Positions 11,106-24,689 of a stretch of DNA of 64,000 nt are shown here, one piece after another. This DNA comes from Piromyces finnis finn (lineage: Eukaryota; Fungi; Neocallimastigomycota): positions 55,417-119,416 of the forward strand of contig MCFH01000092.1 of NCBI GenBank assembly GCA_002104945.1, written 5' to 3'. Within the stretch, counting starts at the first letter, position 1. Every line of letters begins with the position of its first letter. The notes beneath the pieces were generated by a model, which saw only the letters and a program-made list of their open reading frames with translations, searched no databases and had not been told where the DNA came from. Made by a program: the position numbers and the translations under genes.

Positions 11106-11746
11106 TATATATATGACCAAATAATGAATTACATTTGAATTTATTTTTTTTTTTCTTGTTGATAAAGAGTTTTCAAAGAGTTTTCAAAAAGGAATAAAGT
11201 CATTTTTAATTTAATAATGAAATTTATAAAAAAACAACCTATTTATAACTTCTTTTTTTTTTTAATGAAATATATTTGAAGTTTTCATAGTATTAACTTC
11301 ATTCTACATAGTATCCTTATTTTTCTTTATATAATATTTACTCATATGTTCAAAATACTTTTTTTTCCCTTTTTTCCCTCATATTTTATTATATAATATG
11401 TGATAAATATTATGATGTTTATTTGAAATAAAATATAAAAATTAAAAAATTTCTAGAAAAGTAAATTGTTGGAATTTTTGATAATTACTAATAATTAGAA
11501 ATAACTGTTAACTAGAAATTTGTGGAAATCCATAAAAATTTATATTTTTAATAATATTGTAAACAAAGTGTATATAGACTATTTTTTCCAAAAATTTCAT
11601 TTCTGTATTATAGAAACCATAAAAATAAAAGAAATTATTAAAATATTATGATATATTATATATTAAGTGATAGCTATACTTTTATTAACAAAAAAAAAAT
11701 ATAAATATTTTACTATTATCATTGTTATTCATTAATTGTTAATATA

Positions 11747-11790
<44 letters not shown>

Positions 11791-12503
11791 CATTAAAAAA
11801 CAAAAAAAAAAAAAAAGTATAAAATTAAAAATGTTTTTATTCATTTTTGAAAACTCTTTGAAAACTCTTTATCAACAAGAAAAAAAAAATAAATTCAAAT
11901 GTAATTCATTATTTGGTCATATATATAATGAATTATTCAATTATCCTTTACTCTCTTTTTTGATTCTTTATATCTTAATTACTTTAATCATCTTGCTGTC
12001 ACTGTCACCACTGAATCTTTAAATCATAACATTTATAAAAAATTTGAAAAAGAAAAATATAAATGTGGTTTTTTCAGTCCAAAGATTAATCTTAGGTGAA
12101 GATGAAAATAATTATTATTTTCAAACAGATTTACCTAGTTTAAAAAAAGATCAAATTAAAATAGAACTTTCAAATGATGATCCTATTCATATATTAACTA
12201 TTTCTGGTAAAAGAGAAACGATCATTGATCATTTAGCTATTAATAGAAACAGAACTAAAAAAGAATCTAAAAATGAATCTAAAAATGAAAAAGAAGGCAT
12301 AAATGAAAATGAAAAATGAAACTAAAATTGAAAACGATAAAAAGTATTCAAAAATTGAATGTAATTATGGAAAATTTTCAAGATCCTTCATTCTTTCAGC
12401 TAATATCAATGCTATTCAAACTAAATTAGAAAATGACATTTTAAAAAAAATTCTATCGAAAATTAAAATTTAAAAACCAAAATCAAAACACAACATTCAA
12501 GTT
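10554..12503. repeat. Inverted repeat: arms ~10554-11212 and ~11822-12503, spacer ~610 bp
   Basis: The reverse complement of the left arm matches the right arm with only scattered substitutions, two 1-bp indels and one ~20-bp indel. Confidence 0.95.
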
Positions 12504-12509
12504 CAATAA
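11928..12509 (+). pseudogene. HSP20/alpha-crystallin small heat-shock protein pseudogene (right copy)
   Basis: Same domain as the left copy. FSPKINL at 12073-12093 is out of frame with EDENNYY by one base. There is an extra +1 near 12315 and a TAA at 12471. The likely ancestral C-terminus KPKSKHNIQVQ* (I-x-V motif) ends at 12509. Confidence 0.85.
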
Positions 12510-15001
12510 ATAATTTTGCTCTATACCTCCTATAATTTTTTCTATATAGTAATTCCTTTAAATAATTAAATTTTGTTAAATATGTTCCCTTAAGAATAAT
12601 ACTCTAAAATTATATAAAAATTATATATAATTTTAATTTTATAGTTTCTTTTCTTATACTTTTACAACTAAAAAGTATAAATATATTTATTTAGTTTAGG
12701 ATTCAAAAAAAAATATAAAATATTAATAATATAAAAATTTCTAATTAACAAAAAAAATATAAAAAGATATTGAAGCATTTTTAAAAATAAAAAAAAGGTG
12801 AAAACAAAATAAAAATAAAAAATAATATATAATATATAAAATATAAATAATATTAGTTTCTTTTATATTGTTGTTATCTACAATATTTTATCTTTAAATA
12901 TGTTTTAATATACAATTTGATTTATAGTGGGTGATATTTACTATAATGACTTCAATTAAGTATTATACTTTACCACATGCTTTTTTTTAGCAACGGTTTA
13001 TGCCAAAAAAAAAAATAAAAATAAATAAAATAAAGGAGTAATTATTTAAAAATATAAATATATTTAAAAAATTAATAAAAAAATGTACCTATTAAAATTT
13101 GTCCACTATTTAATTTATAACAATAAATAGGAGGTCAAAAAACGACCCATTTCAAAAAAGGTAATGAACAAATAAAATTTAAAAGAATTTAAAAACTATG
13201 AAATTTTAATATTTAAAAATATTAAAAAAAAAAAAAAAAAGGATAAATATCTTATTGTTGATTATACATTTATATTGTTGATTTGTTAAGTCAAAAGAAA
13301 CTTTTCTTTCTTTTCTTACAATGAATGCCTACAAAAAAAATTAATACAAATAAAATTATGATATCTTTCCTATACTCTCTTATGCCAAATTATAAATATA
13401 ATCATAAAAAAGGGAATGTAATTCTAAATAATTTTGAAACGAAAAAACACTAAATTCTTAATAAAAAAAAAAAACACTTCAATTTCTAATTCTTTTTTTT
13501 TTTTTTTTAAATTTGTTTTAATACTTTATTTACATTATTCATTAACTACATTTAAATTATTACTTTCATATAAATATTTAATATAAAAAATAAAATATGA
13601 ATTTTTATGTATAAATAATAATTAGTTTAAACTTAAACTAGAAACTCTAATAACTAAAATAACAATTAAATTGCTTTTTGTTTTTGTTTTTTGTTTTTTG
13701 TTTTTTGTTTTTTTCCTTTCTTTTTGTTTGGTCTTTTGTTTGATGTTTAAATTATTTTTATTTTTATTATCTTTCATTTGATATATATTTTTTAAAAAAG
13801 AAAAAATAAATATTTTATTTATTTCGATAGTTCCCTTTATAATATGTTATTACTTTGTTTTTTAAATATATATATAAAATAAAAATAATTATAAATACTA
13901 TTTACTATAATTGTTATTCTAATCACTATAATAAATTTAAATTTTTGCTATACTTTCTAATATTATAATAATTTCTAAAATAAGTAATCTGAAATAAATA
14001 ATATTTTGAAAAGTTAAATAATGTGTAATAATATATTAAAAAAATTGGAATAAATTTTTAAATATTATTTTAAAGCTAATATTTCTGGTTTTAAAAAAAA
14101 TAAACATAAAAATTTTCAATACTTTATAAATTGTAGAATAATGTTATTCTATATTTCCTTTTATAATTTTTTCTTTAAAGTTTTTTTTCTTATTTTTTCT
14201 AAACTGATAAACTAAATAACAGTAAATAAAAGATGGGAGGAATATTATGGTAATTTAATATACCTCTGCCTTTTATCACTCTTTCTAGAATTTCTATTAA
14301 TAATATAAGTTTTTATATAAAATAGAAAATTTAATTCTAATTATTCTAATTATAAAAAAAAATATACTCTAATTTTAATTTAATAGTTTGTTGTTAATTA
14401 TTTTAAATAATTTAAATAATTAAAAAAAAGTTGTTATCAACTTTCTTTTTACTATTTTTTGTAGTTTTATAAATTACGTTATTATATTTGTATTTTATAA
14501 AACTTTAATACTTTCTTTTTTCTTTTTTTTATTATTATAGCATTTTCTTTTTTGTTTGTTATTTTTGTTCTTTGTTTTTATGTTATTTTTTATTATTGGT
14601 AAATATTGGTTTTGATAGTAATACACCATCCAGTGTGTGTTAAAATTTATCCAATTTTTACTTTTTAATACTCAATTGATATAATTATATAATTATTAAA
14701 ATATGAGTTTATAATTTTAAATATGAATTTTAATAAATATGCTTTTTTTAGGTATTTTCATGTCTGTATTTACAAAAATACTAAAAAATCTATTTAGTAT
14801 TAATAACCTTTCTTTAAAGCCATTATAGGCTTTATTGGCTATTCAAAATGATATTACTAATAATAATTATTAATACCATTTTCTCTAATTTTTTTATATT
14901 TTTTATTTTATTTGTTTTTATTGTATTATTAATGCTTTATTTTATTGTATGATAATATTGTTTATTATGATTTAGTTTATTTTTTAATATTGATATTAGC
15001 T

Positions 15002-15403
15002 TCAAAAGGCGTAGTCATCAAAATCTTCAAAATCTTCAAAATCGTCAAAATCTATGACTGAATCTTGATCATCATCTTCATAACTATTTGTATTATATAT
15101 AGTTAAATGTACATTGTTGTTGTTATATATTATTTCAAAGTCAATATCATCAAGAATTTGATTAAAAACGACTGGCTTTTGAATTGTGTTTGAACATTCC
15201 ATTTCATAATCATCATCTTCAAATGGAGTTCTATCGTAAATATCTGAAGAATAAGTATATTCAAGGGTAATGTTTTCAGCAAAATGAACTTTCTTAAAGT
15301 TCTTTTGTTTAATAATTTTTTTGGACTTTAAAATAGTATTGTCCATAATTGGTTCAGTTGGAACTGAACTGTTAAAAATATTGTATTGATATAAAGTTTC
15401 CAT
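15002..15403 (-). CDS. Small protein with PP1-docking motifs and an acidic tail (133 aa)
   Basis: ATG-initiated, coding-like island in AT-rich DNA. Carries TILK...KKVHF...TYSSDIYDR, resembling the SILK, RVxF and TYSxxxYDR motifs of neurabin/spinophilin-type PP1 binders. Confidence 0.75.
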   Translation of the reverse strand: METLYQYNIFNSSVPTEPIMDNTILKSKKIIKQKNFKKVHFAENITLEYTYSSDIYDRTPFEDDDYEMECSNTIQKPVVFNQILDDIDFEIIYNNNNVHLTIYNTNSYEDDDQDSVIDFDDFEDFEDFDDYAF

Positions 15404-18400
15404 GTTGGTATACGTGTGTTTTAAATAAAGTGGATTTTAATAAAAAAAATAAGATATTTGTAATTGCTTTAAAAGATATTGTAATTAATTAATTTATACA
15501 GTGGATGCTAACTAATAAAGTATGCTTGAATTAATTATTCATAATTATGAAACTGGTTTTTAATGAATAATTTAATAATAAAATTGATATTTTATTATTA
15601 TTACAATGGCAAAAGTTTTGAATTAATATGTATAAAAAATATGTTACAAATATTGATTCAAAAAAATGTTAAATCTGTTAAAATAATGGAATTTTACATC
15701 TATTTATACAAATTTCTATTCTTAAATAAAATTATTTCTTTCTTTTTATTAGAAAGGGTATGTTCATATATTAATAATATATTAGGCATATTCATTTTAA
15801 TATAAAAATATTATATTATAATATATTAATTTATATATACTAGTTTTATTTGATTTACTCAACTAAAAAAATGAAAAAAAAGTTTCTCACCAAAATTGAG
15901 CCTATTGAAGAAAAAATAATATATGATAGATTTAATATTTATATATTATTAATATATGTGTAGTGTATATAATGAATATAGTTAATATAGGGTTATGTAA
16001 TTTTCCTTAGTTATTATTTTAGTTTATTTTATATTTAATAAGATTTTTAAAAAAAATTAATATATTTTCAATTTATTTGAAATAAAATAGTATAAAAATT
16101 CTCATTCATTCTTTTTCCTTTTAAAGAAAATAATTTATTTTAATCTATTCATATTAAAATACTGATATTATAATGAATTATATATTTTATATGGTATTCA
16201 ATATATTACTTATATGAAATATTATTGGTTTAAGTTTGAAATGATGATTTTGAACTTAAATTTATAATATTTGATTATATATAGTACAAAATAAATTAAA
16301 AAAGAAATTAAAAAAAAATAATAACATTTAAACTTTTTTCTATACATAGTATAAATATAATATATAGGATTTGTATTGAAAGCGTATTATATGGTATATA
16401 ACTGTAATAATACTAAAATATGCTGCAATCATATATTATAAAATAATATATAATTTTAAATGTATAGCTTTTTTAATAATTTAAATATATTAAAATGAAC
16501 TAGAAAAATGGTAGTATTAGTATTATATAGAATTAATAAAAAACCAATAAAATACAGTTATTTTATTTCACAAGAAAAAAAATACCAATTAAATATCCTT
16601 TTTTATCTAAACTAAGTAATAAACCTTCATGATAAAATGAATTATTCGATTCCACAATAGTAAATATAAAGGAATGATGTTTATTTATTTCCTTTATTTT
16701 TTCTTTAAAATCATTTAAGTTTTTCTTATTCCTAAAAATATTCTACATTAAAAATATCATTTATTATTTTTTTCATTTTTTTATTGTAAACCTTTTTTTT
16801 ATTATTACTGAAAAAGGATTTTTAAATTTTTGCTATAAAAAAGAAAAAAAAAAAAAGGCCTAAAAAGTCTAGCCATTATTCCTTAAAAAAAAAAGTGGAT
16901 ATTTTATATTAAAAATTATTTAACATAATATATACATAATATATAATAATTAATTTTAATAGGATAGTTATAAAGAGAAAAAAAAAAGATAATACATTAA
17001 TGTAATTACCAATTTAAACTATTTATTGTAAAAGAAAAAAAATAAAGTTAATTCCTATACATACAATGAAAATATTTTTATTTTGGTCTGGATCTAGGTT
17101 TAGATCTAAGTTGTGCTTTTTCTAAAAAAAAAAAAAAAAAACTTTGTTACTACCCCCCTTTTTTTTTCTTATTTCCCTTTTATGCTTTTATTTCCTTTAT
17201 TTTTTGGAATTTCCATCACCCATAATAGTATAAAAAACAAAAATAAGATAAGCAAGGAGAAGTTAATAAATAAAATGAACAATCAACTGATTTAATAATT
17301 TCCCCTTTGTTTTCTATTTTCAATAGAAATTAGATTGGTCAGAACAGTTACATAGATATCTTTTCAATAATAATAGAATTTGAACCATTTTTTTATAATA
17401 ATGCTTATATAAAAAAATATATATAAATTTCTGAAAAAAAAGAATATTAGAATTTTCTAAAAATATATTAAGATATATAGAAGATAATAATAAAATTTTA
17501 TTTTTATTGCTAAAACTCAAAATATTATAATATGAGTCAAATAGATAAAAAATGTACAAAATGTAAATATTTATAAAATGTTCTACTTTTTTTTCTAAAA
17601 TTCAAAATACTTATATTTAATTAAAACTATTTTGCTAATAAAATTAAAACTATTTTTCTAATTATAAAAAAATAAAAAAAAGGAAATAAAATTAAAAAGA
17701 TAAAATGTATTAATAGCTGATCAATGACAAATAATAAATATTTATAATTCTTAATATTACAACTATTGATAAAACGTTTTTATTCAATGATTTATATAAT
17801 TTTGATTATATATTTTATAAACAATATTAAAAGATATGCAGAAATATAAAATAAAAAAAAGAATAATATTAGCATTATTATATTAACAAATATTAATAAG
17901 TATAATATAATATTCACAAAAATCAATATTTTAATATTTCAATATTCACTTCTTATTTCTCTATGTTTTTATAAATATTATATAATTGATCAATTAATTT
18001 ATATAAATTAGTTTTTCTATTTTTATATACAAGATGTCCCATTTATTAATAAAACATTATTAAGATTGGGAAAATTTTTATTATAAAAATAATTATAGAT
18101 ATTAAAAAACACATGATTTTTTCTAATATCAATCAAATAAATAATAGTTTTTATAATTTAAATATTATTTATCTATTTTATTTTATTTATCCAAGAATAT
18201 AAAATAATTAAATGAATTAAAAGCTTTAAAGTTTTCATTTATTTCTCTATAAAAAAAACTTTAATATTCTTCACTTAATTTTTTTTTGAGCATAATTGAA
18301 ATTAATTATTAGGGTTACACGTTAATTTAATTTAATTTATAATAATTAAAATTATTAATTTCATTTAAAAATTCTTGTTTTTGGAAAATAAATTTTTTTT

Positions 18401-18577
18401 AAATAGGAAAAAAAAGTGATATTGGTATAAAAGAAGATTTTATAAAATAGAATAAAATAAAAATAAATTTATATTTTAATGATTTTTATAAAGTTATCAT
18501 TTAATACATTGAATTGGACTATAGTTTTTTTAATTTAATAAGAATAATACTTATCACATTAAGTTCTTCTATACTTC

Positions 18578-18788
<211 letters not shown>

Positions 18789-21700
18789 GATATTGGTATT
18801 CTCAGTATTAGATAGCATTATCTATATTTTATATTTGATATATAATATAATTGAAACACAATAGTAATTAATAAAATTAAAATTATAGTAATATTATTAA
18901 AAAACAATAATAATCATTACTATGAAATAATGTTACCATCATAAATATTTCATGATAATATTAACTTCCATAATATAATTTATTTAGCATATGACTTTTA
19001 TATTATAAAACAATCTTTATCATCCTTTTTTCATTATGTAAACTAAAAAAAAAAAAAAAAAAAAACTTGAGATATTTTATTTGGTTAACATTTTGATATT
19101 TAAATTATTCCCTATATTTTATTTTTATACAATTTGATGAAGTTAATCATTAAATAAATAATATGAAAAAATACTATTCTAATAATTATATAAATAATAT
19201 GAAAAAAAAAAAAACTATTCTAATAATTATAAAGAGTATAAAAGGTACAATTTGTTACCAAAATATTTTTTATTTTTAAATTGAACTTGGTAAAATAATC
19301 TTTAATTTTATTAAATTAGTTTTTTTATTCAGATATAATAATATATAATCATATATACTATGTAATATATTATGATCCAATTATAAATTTAAAACAATTT
19401 ACTATTATTATATATTATTATTATACTATTTCATTAATTAAATTTATTTTTAATAAATTTAATATACATTAGATAATATATTAAAATAATATACTTTTAC
19501 TTTTTTTTTTAAAAGAAAAAAGTAGGTTTTATATAAACTATTTGCTATAATGAAAGAAATAACATTCATTATAGCAATATATAAAAATAATATTTTATTA
19601 AATAAATTATTTAAATATTTAATATTTACACTATTTATTTAAAGTAACATAATATAAAAAATAATTTGCTCATAACAAAAACTTGTATTTTTTTTTCTGT
19701 ACACTTTAAAGTTAATAAAAATAAAACTCTATTTTAAAAATTAATTAATTCAACAATATAAAAATAAGAATAATAATAATAATAATTAAAATTTAAAAAA
19801 ATCAATTATAGAACACTATATAAGTTATAATAATAACTATATATTTAAAATTAAAATTATGTTTAAATTTTTTTTAACAAATAAATGGAAAAAAGTTGCT
19901 AAATTAATTAAAAAATAAATAGTGTAAATATATTATGGTATCTTTTATAAATTTTAAAAATAAATATTTCTGTTGAAAAATAATAATAGCCATAATAATA
20001 AAATAACCATCATTATAAAATAATATAATAATCGAACAAAAAAAAAAAAAGAAAAATAAATCTAATAATAAAAAAAACCTTTTTTTTTTAATATGGAGTA
20101 TTTTAGGTGCAAATCAATAATTTCAATAAAAATTTTTATAATAAATCAAAATTAAACTTTAATAAAATATCCGTTGTTTAAACTTTAATTATTAATAAAA
20201 TAGAAATTTAAACAAATTGTAGCCTTGTATATAAGAATTAAAAATACAATTTAAAAAGTAAAATAGTAAAAAAAAACAATAATAAAGATTTGTTCAAACA
20301 ATAGTTATTTTAGTACAAAATAGTAATTATATTTACATATTATATTACAAATAATATAATAATATAACATGTTTAGTTGAGACATTGAAAAATTATCATA
20401 CAATATTATAATCTATAATTAAAATAAATATATATACTTTAAACATTTTATGATATTATTTCATATTTCTTTTTATAATTGAAATAATAATTATATTTAT
20501 CCATAGCATATGATATAAACTTGCTATGGAACAATAAGAAGAAGGGACTATATATTTTAAATTAAAAACATAAAAGATATTTTAATACTAGCTTGTTTAC
20601 TATTGTAAAAATATATATTAATATAAAAAATAAGTTATTATACAAATATTAATATATTAGTTTTTATTATTATTGTTAATAATAACAATAATTATGAAAA
20701 TTACTTTTATTTTTTTTTTTCGTTATTTCATTCTTCATCATTAATTTATAATTTAAAAATTTTAAAATTACCATTCTTCCTCTATCAATTAATATAAATA
20801 AAATTTTAATATAAAATTTTTTGCTTAACAACAATATTAAAAAAAATTTGTTTTTGGGAAAAAAAAAATAAATTTAATATAAATTTATTTTATATCTATT
20901 ATATATATAACAAATATACGTTCTATATATATTAACTTTAATTTATATCTATTGATATATTTAGTTTTAAATGGAACAATACTTAGAAAATAAAATAATT
21001 TATATATATTAAAGTATATTTTTATATTAAAAAATTATAGAATTAAAAATATACTTTAATATACATAAATTATTTTATTTTCAAATTAAAAATATAGTAA
21101 AAGAAATAATAAAAAAAAAAAGGTTTGATTTTTACATTTTTTATTTATAGTTCAAGAAATCATTATAAGAAAATAAGTATAATAAGAATTTATAAATAAT
21201 AATAATAATTCATTAATTTTTTTATCTCACATATGAAGTCCTATTGAAATTACTTCATCCAAAGAATTACTATAAAATATTTATTCATATTATGTTAACT
21301 TTTCTTTCATTTATTTGTATATCTAAATTTTGATACTGAAATATTAAATGCTTAAATCTTAAAATACACCCGTAATTCAATAATTCAATAGGTATTACAA
21401 AAAAAAAAAAGACAAAATCATAAGGTTTTAAATTTTTAAAGGTTCTCGAACCTTTTTTTTTAAAATGATATGAAACAATTTTACTAGAATTTTGTTACAT
21501 CTACAGAAATTGTTTCAGTTTTGATTTGCTTTTCTTCAACCATCAACCTCTTATTTTAACCACAAAATTCTTTCAATTTATTATAATTAAGGTTGGCTCT
21601 TTCTTTGGTAGCATAAAAATTTTGATTCAATATATCAATCAATAGAATCACATAAATATCATGATGAATGTCATGTGATGTAAAAATGAAAGAAGGCTTT

Positions 21701-24658
21701 CTTAATCCAAATTAATTCTCATTACTAAAAAATTTTAATATATTTCAGATTAGTTAATTTTTTAATTTAAAAAATACTTATTAATAATGAATTAGTATAC
21801 ATTTTTAATAATTTGTATATAAAAAGTATACTTTCAATATATTAATAAAAAAGGTTCATGAACATTTCTATAATTTCCTTTTTTTGTTAAGGATCAACGG
21901 CCAATCTTAATTAAAAATAGTAGAAAAAAAAAGTTCTAAAATTACCAATTTCCTCCCAAAAAAAAAAAAAAAAAAAAAAAAGATTACAATTCTATATATT
22001 AACATTATAATCAATAATATAGAAAGTCTTATTTAAATAAACTTTTTACATGTGTTTTTATTCATTCAATATACTGAAAAAAAAATATATATATGGCAAT
22101 GGCAATCTAAATATTTTTTTCAATCCAATAGTATTTCATTTTATCTTTTATTTATTATGCAGAAAATATAGATAAATTAATGTACAATAATAAAAAAAAA
22201 AAAACAGCAACAATAAGATAATAAAATATTTTTATAATCCATTTCATTAGTATTTATTATATTATATAGTATAGAGTTGTAGGATTTTTCTACAATCATA
22301 GTAATAATGAAATAAGTTTAATTATTTTCTTATTAATATAATGTAATACTAATGAATTTGCAATAAAAAAAATAAATATATGTTTTTATAACTAAATATG
22401 CTTCTCTTGTTTATAAATGTACAATACATAGATCAACAAATTAATGATACATTATTGTATTAAAAAATAATTATTTTTTTGGAAATTTTTCTTTTGTTTT
22501 TCTTTTTTTAAAAAAAAAGGGGGAATGTAAAAATTTTTTCTTATATTGAATTTTGTTTTAATTTTTTGTTTTTGTTTTTGTTTTTGTTTTTTAAATTTAT
22601 TGGTTTGAAACATCCAATATGTTATAGTATTTAATCCTCTTTAAAAAAAACATATTTTTTATCCCATTTTCCTTTTATGTACGATAGTTCACATTGTCAT
22701 ACATTAAAAATACTTTAAGAAATTTTATTGGTTGAACCAAGTTTTTAGAATATTAAAAAATTTTATCAAGTGTAATAGATTAAAAAAGTATATATATTTT
22801 TTAAAAATTAATATTCTATTAATATTCTTTTAAACCAATAAACATCAAGAGAGATTAAAAATGAAAATAAATTCCATTCGTTCTTTTTACCACGTTTTTA
22901 TTATACAATTGTAAACATTTTCTTTAATCTAAGGATGTAGATTATACATAAAAATTAAATATAAAATGATATAATTAGGGCTTTTAGAGTATTTTTTATA
23001 CTGAAATAAAAATTAGAATACAAATTTATAATCATTTTATACTATGAATAATCAATTATCAATAAATCATTAAAATGAAAGATATATAAATTAATAGATA
23101 GGCATTAATATAAAAAAAATATTTACTAAATTCAAAAAATATGTATTACTTTTTTCTCTTTTGGTTCATTATTCCGAATTTCATTTCTTCTTTTGCTTTT
23201 CTCATATATAAAAATTTAAAACAAATTAATAATCTATCCCTAATTTTATTGGTTTAATCAATGAAACTCTTTTTTAAAAAAAATGAATTTAAAAAATTAT
23301 GTAATAAGAAATATGTTAGAGTAAAAACAATTATATTAAATACTTCATAATATAATAAAATAAATAGATATATACTTTGTCTTATATTAAATATAATGTT
23401 GATAGGCTAGGAGAAAAAAAAACTATTTTGACATATCCACTCTATATTTATTTAACTAATTGAAGATAGTATATCGTAATGATTTATATTATTATAAGTT
23501 ATAAATGGTGTTTTCTCTTTTTTTTTAGTCCAGTTTCATTATAATAATTTATTTTGTATTTTTATTCATTTATTATATAATTTTTAAATATATGCATCAT
23601 TTTATAATCATTTTATAGTCTTATTACGAAAGTTTGGACTATTAAAATAAAAATAATAAAATAAAAAAAGGATTTTTTAAGTAACAGTCAACATTTTTTT
23701 TTAATTAAAAGAATATAGATAAAAAAAGGTTCGTGTAACAATATAAGAAATATATTAATATATATCTTTTTTATATAAATAATATATTGAAAATTTTAAT
23801 TATAAATTTCCTATTTATAGTCAAAACTGATATTAAAAGTCTAGAATATTTTTAATTTAAAGTTTATGAAAAAAAAAGGGGTAGAATGGAGAAAACCTCT
23901 AGCATCTAAAAAAAAAGGTTTTCTATAACAAAAAAAAAAAAAAAGAATGAAAATGAATTGGTTTTAAAAAAAATTCGTATATTTTCTATTCATTATAATA
24001 CTTTCCTTTATATTTTATTACCATCAAACTATATATTCCAATGAATTAAACTAATGATAGTATTAAAAAAAACACTACTATATTTTAGAATATTATTTAT
24101 TCTTTTTTATAAAACATTACATGAATTTATAATTCCATTCATTTAGAAATTTACTCTTTGTTTAGAATTATTTGAATACAATTAATTACAATAATGTAAA
24201 TAATCTGATAGGCTGAACCATGTTTTGATTTTTTGATTTATGAAATACTTAGCAAACATGGTCTTAATATATCTATGAATTGACCAATCCCTAAGTATCA
24301 AAAAATTTTATTCTTTTTTTTAAGATGTATATGGTGATTTGTATGTATTAGTATTTTTTTTATTATTATTATTCAGATAGATCTAGGTCTAGTCTCATCA
24401 ACATTAAAAAAAAAAATTCTTCTTAATATTAAATACTATATAATAAGGTAATCCTAAAATAGTTCAATAAATATATATATTATAATCCAATGATTTAGTC
24501 TATCTCTACATCTATTTATTAAAGTATATTTTATGATCTGACTCTAAAATACATAAACTTTTATTGTATTATACACACAATTGACGAAAGAAAATCTAGA
24601 ATCTATTTTATTCATAAATTAATTTATTATTAATAAAACGACCCTTTTTTTTTTCTGT

Positions 24659-24689
<31 letters not shown>

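Noticed and set aside
11446-11460. Heat-shock element (aAAatTTCtaGAA) in the spacer between the HSP20 copies
   Set aside because: Only two perfect nGAAn units, and TTCTAGAA also occurs elsewhere in the window (e.g. 14283), so it is not distinguishable from background.
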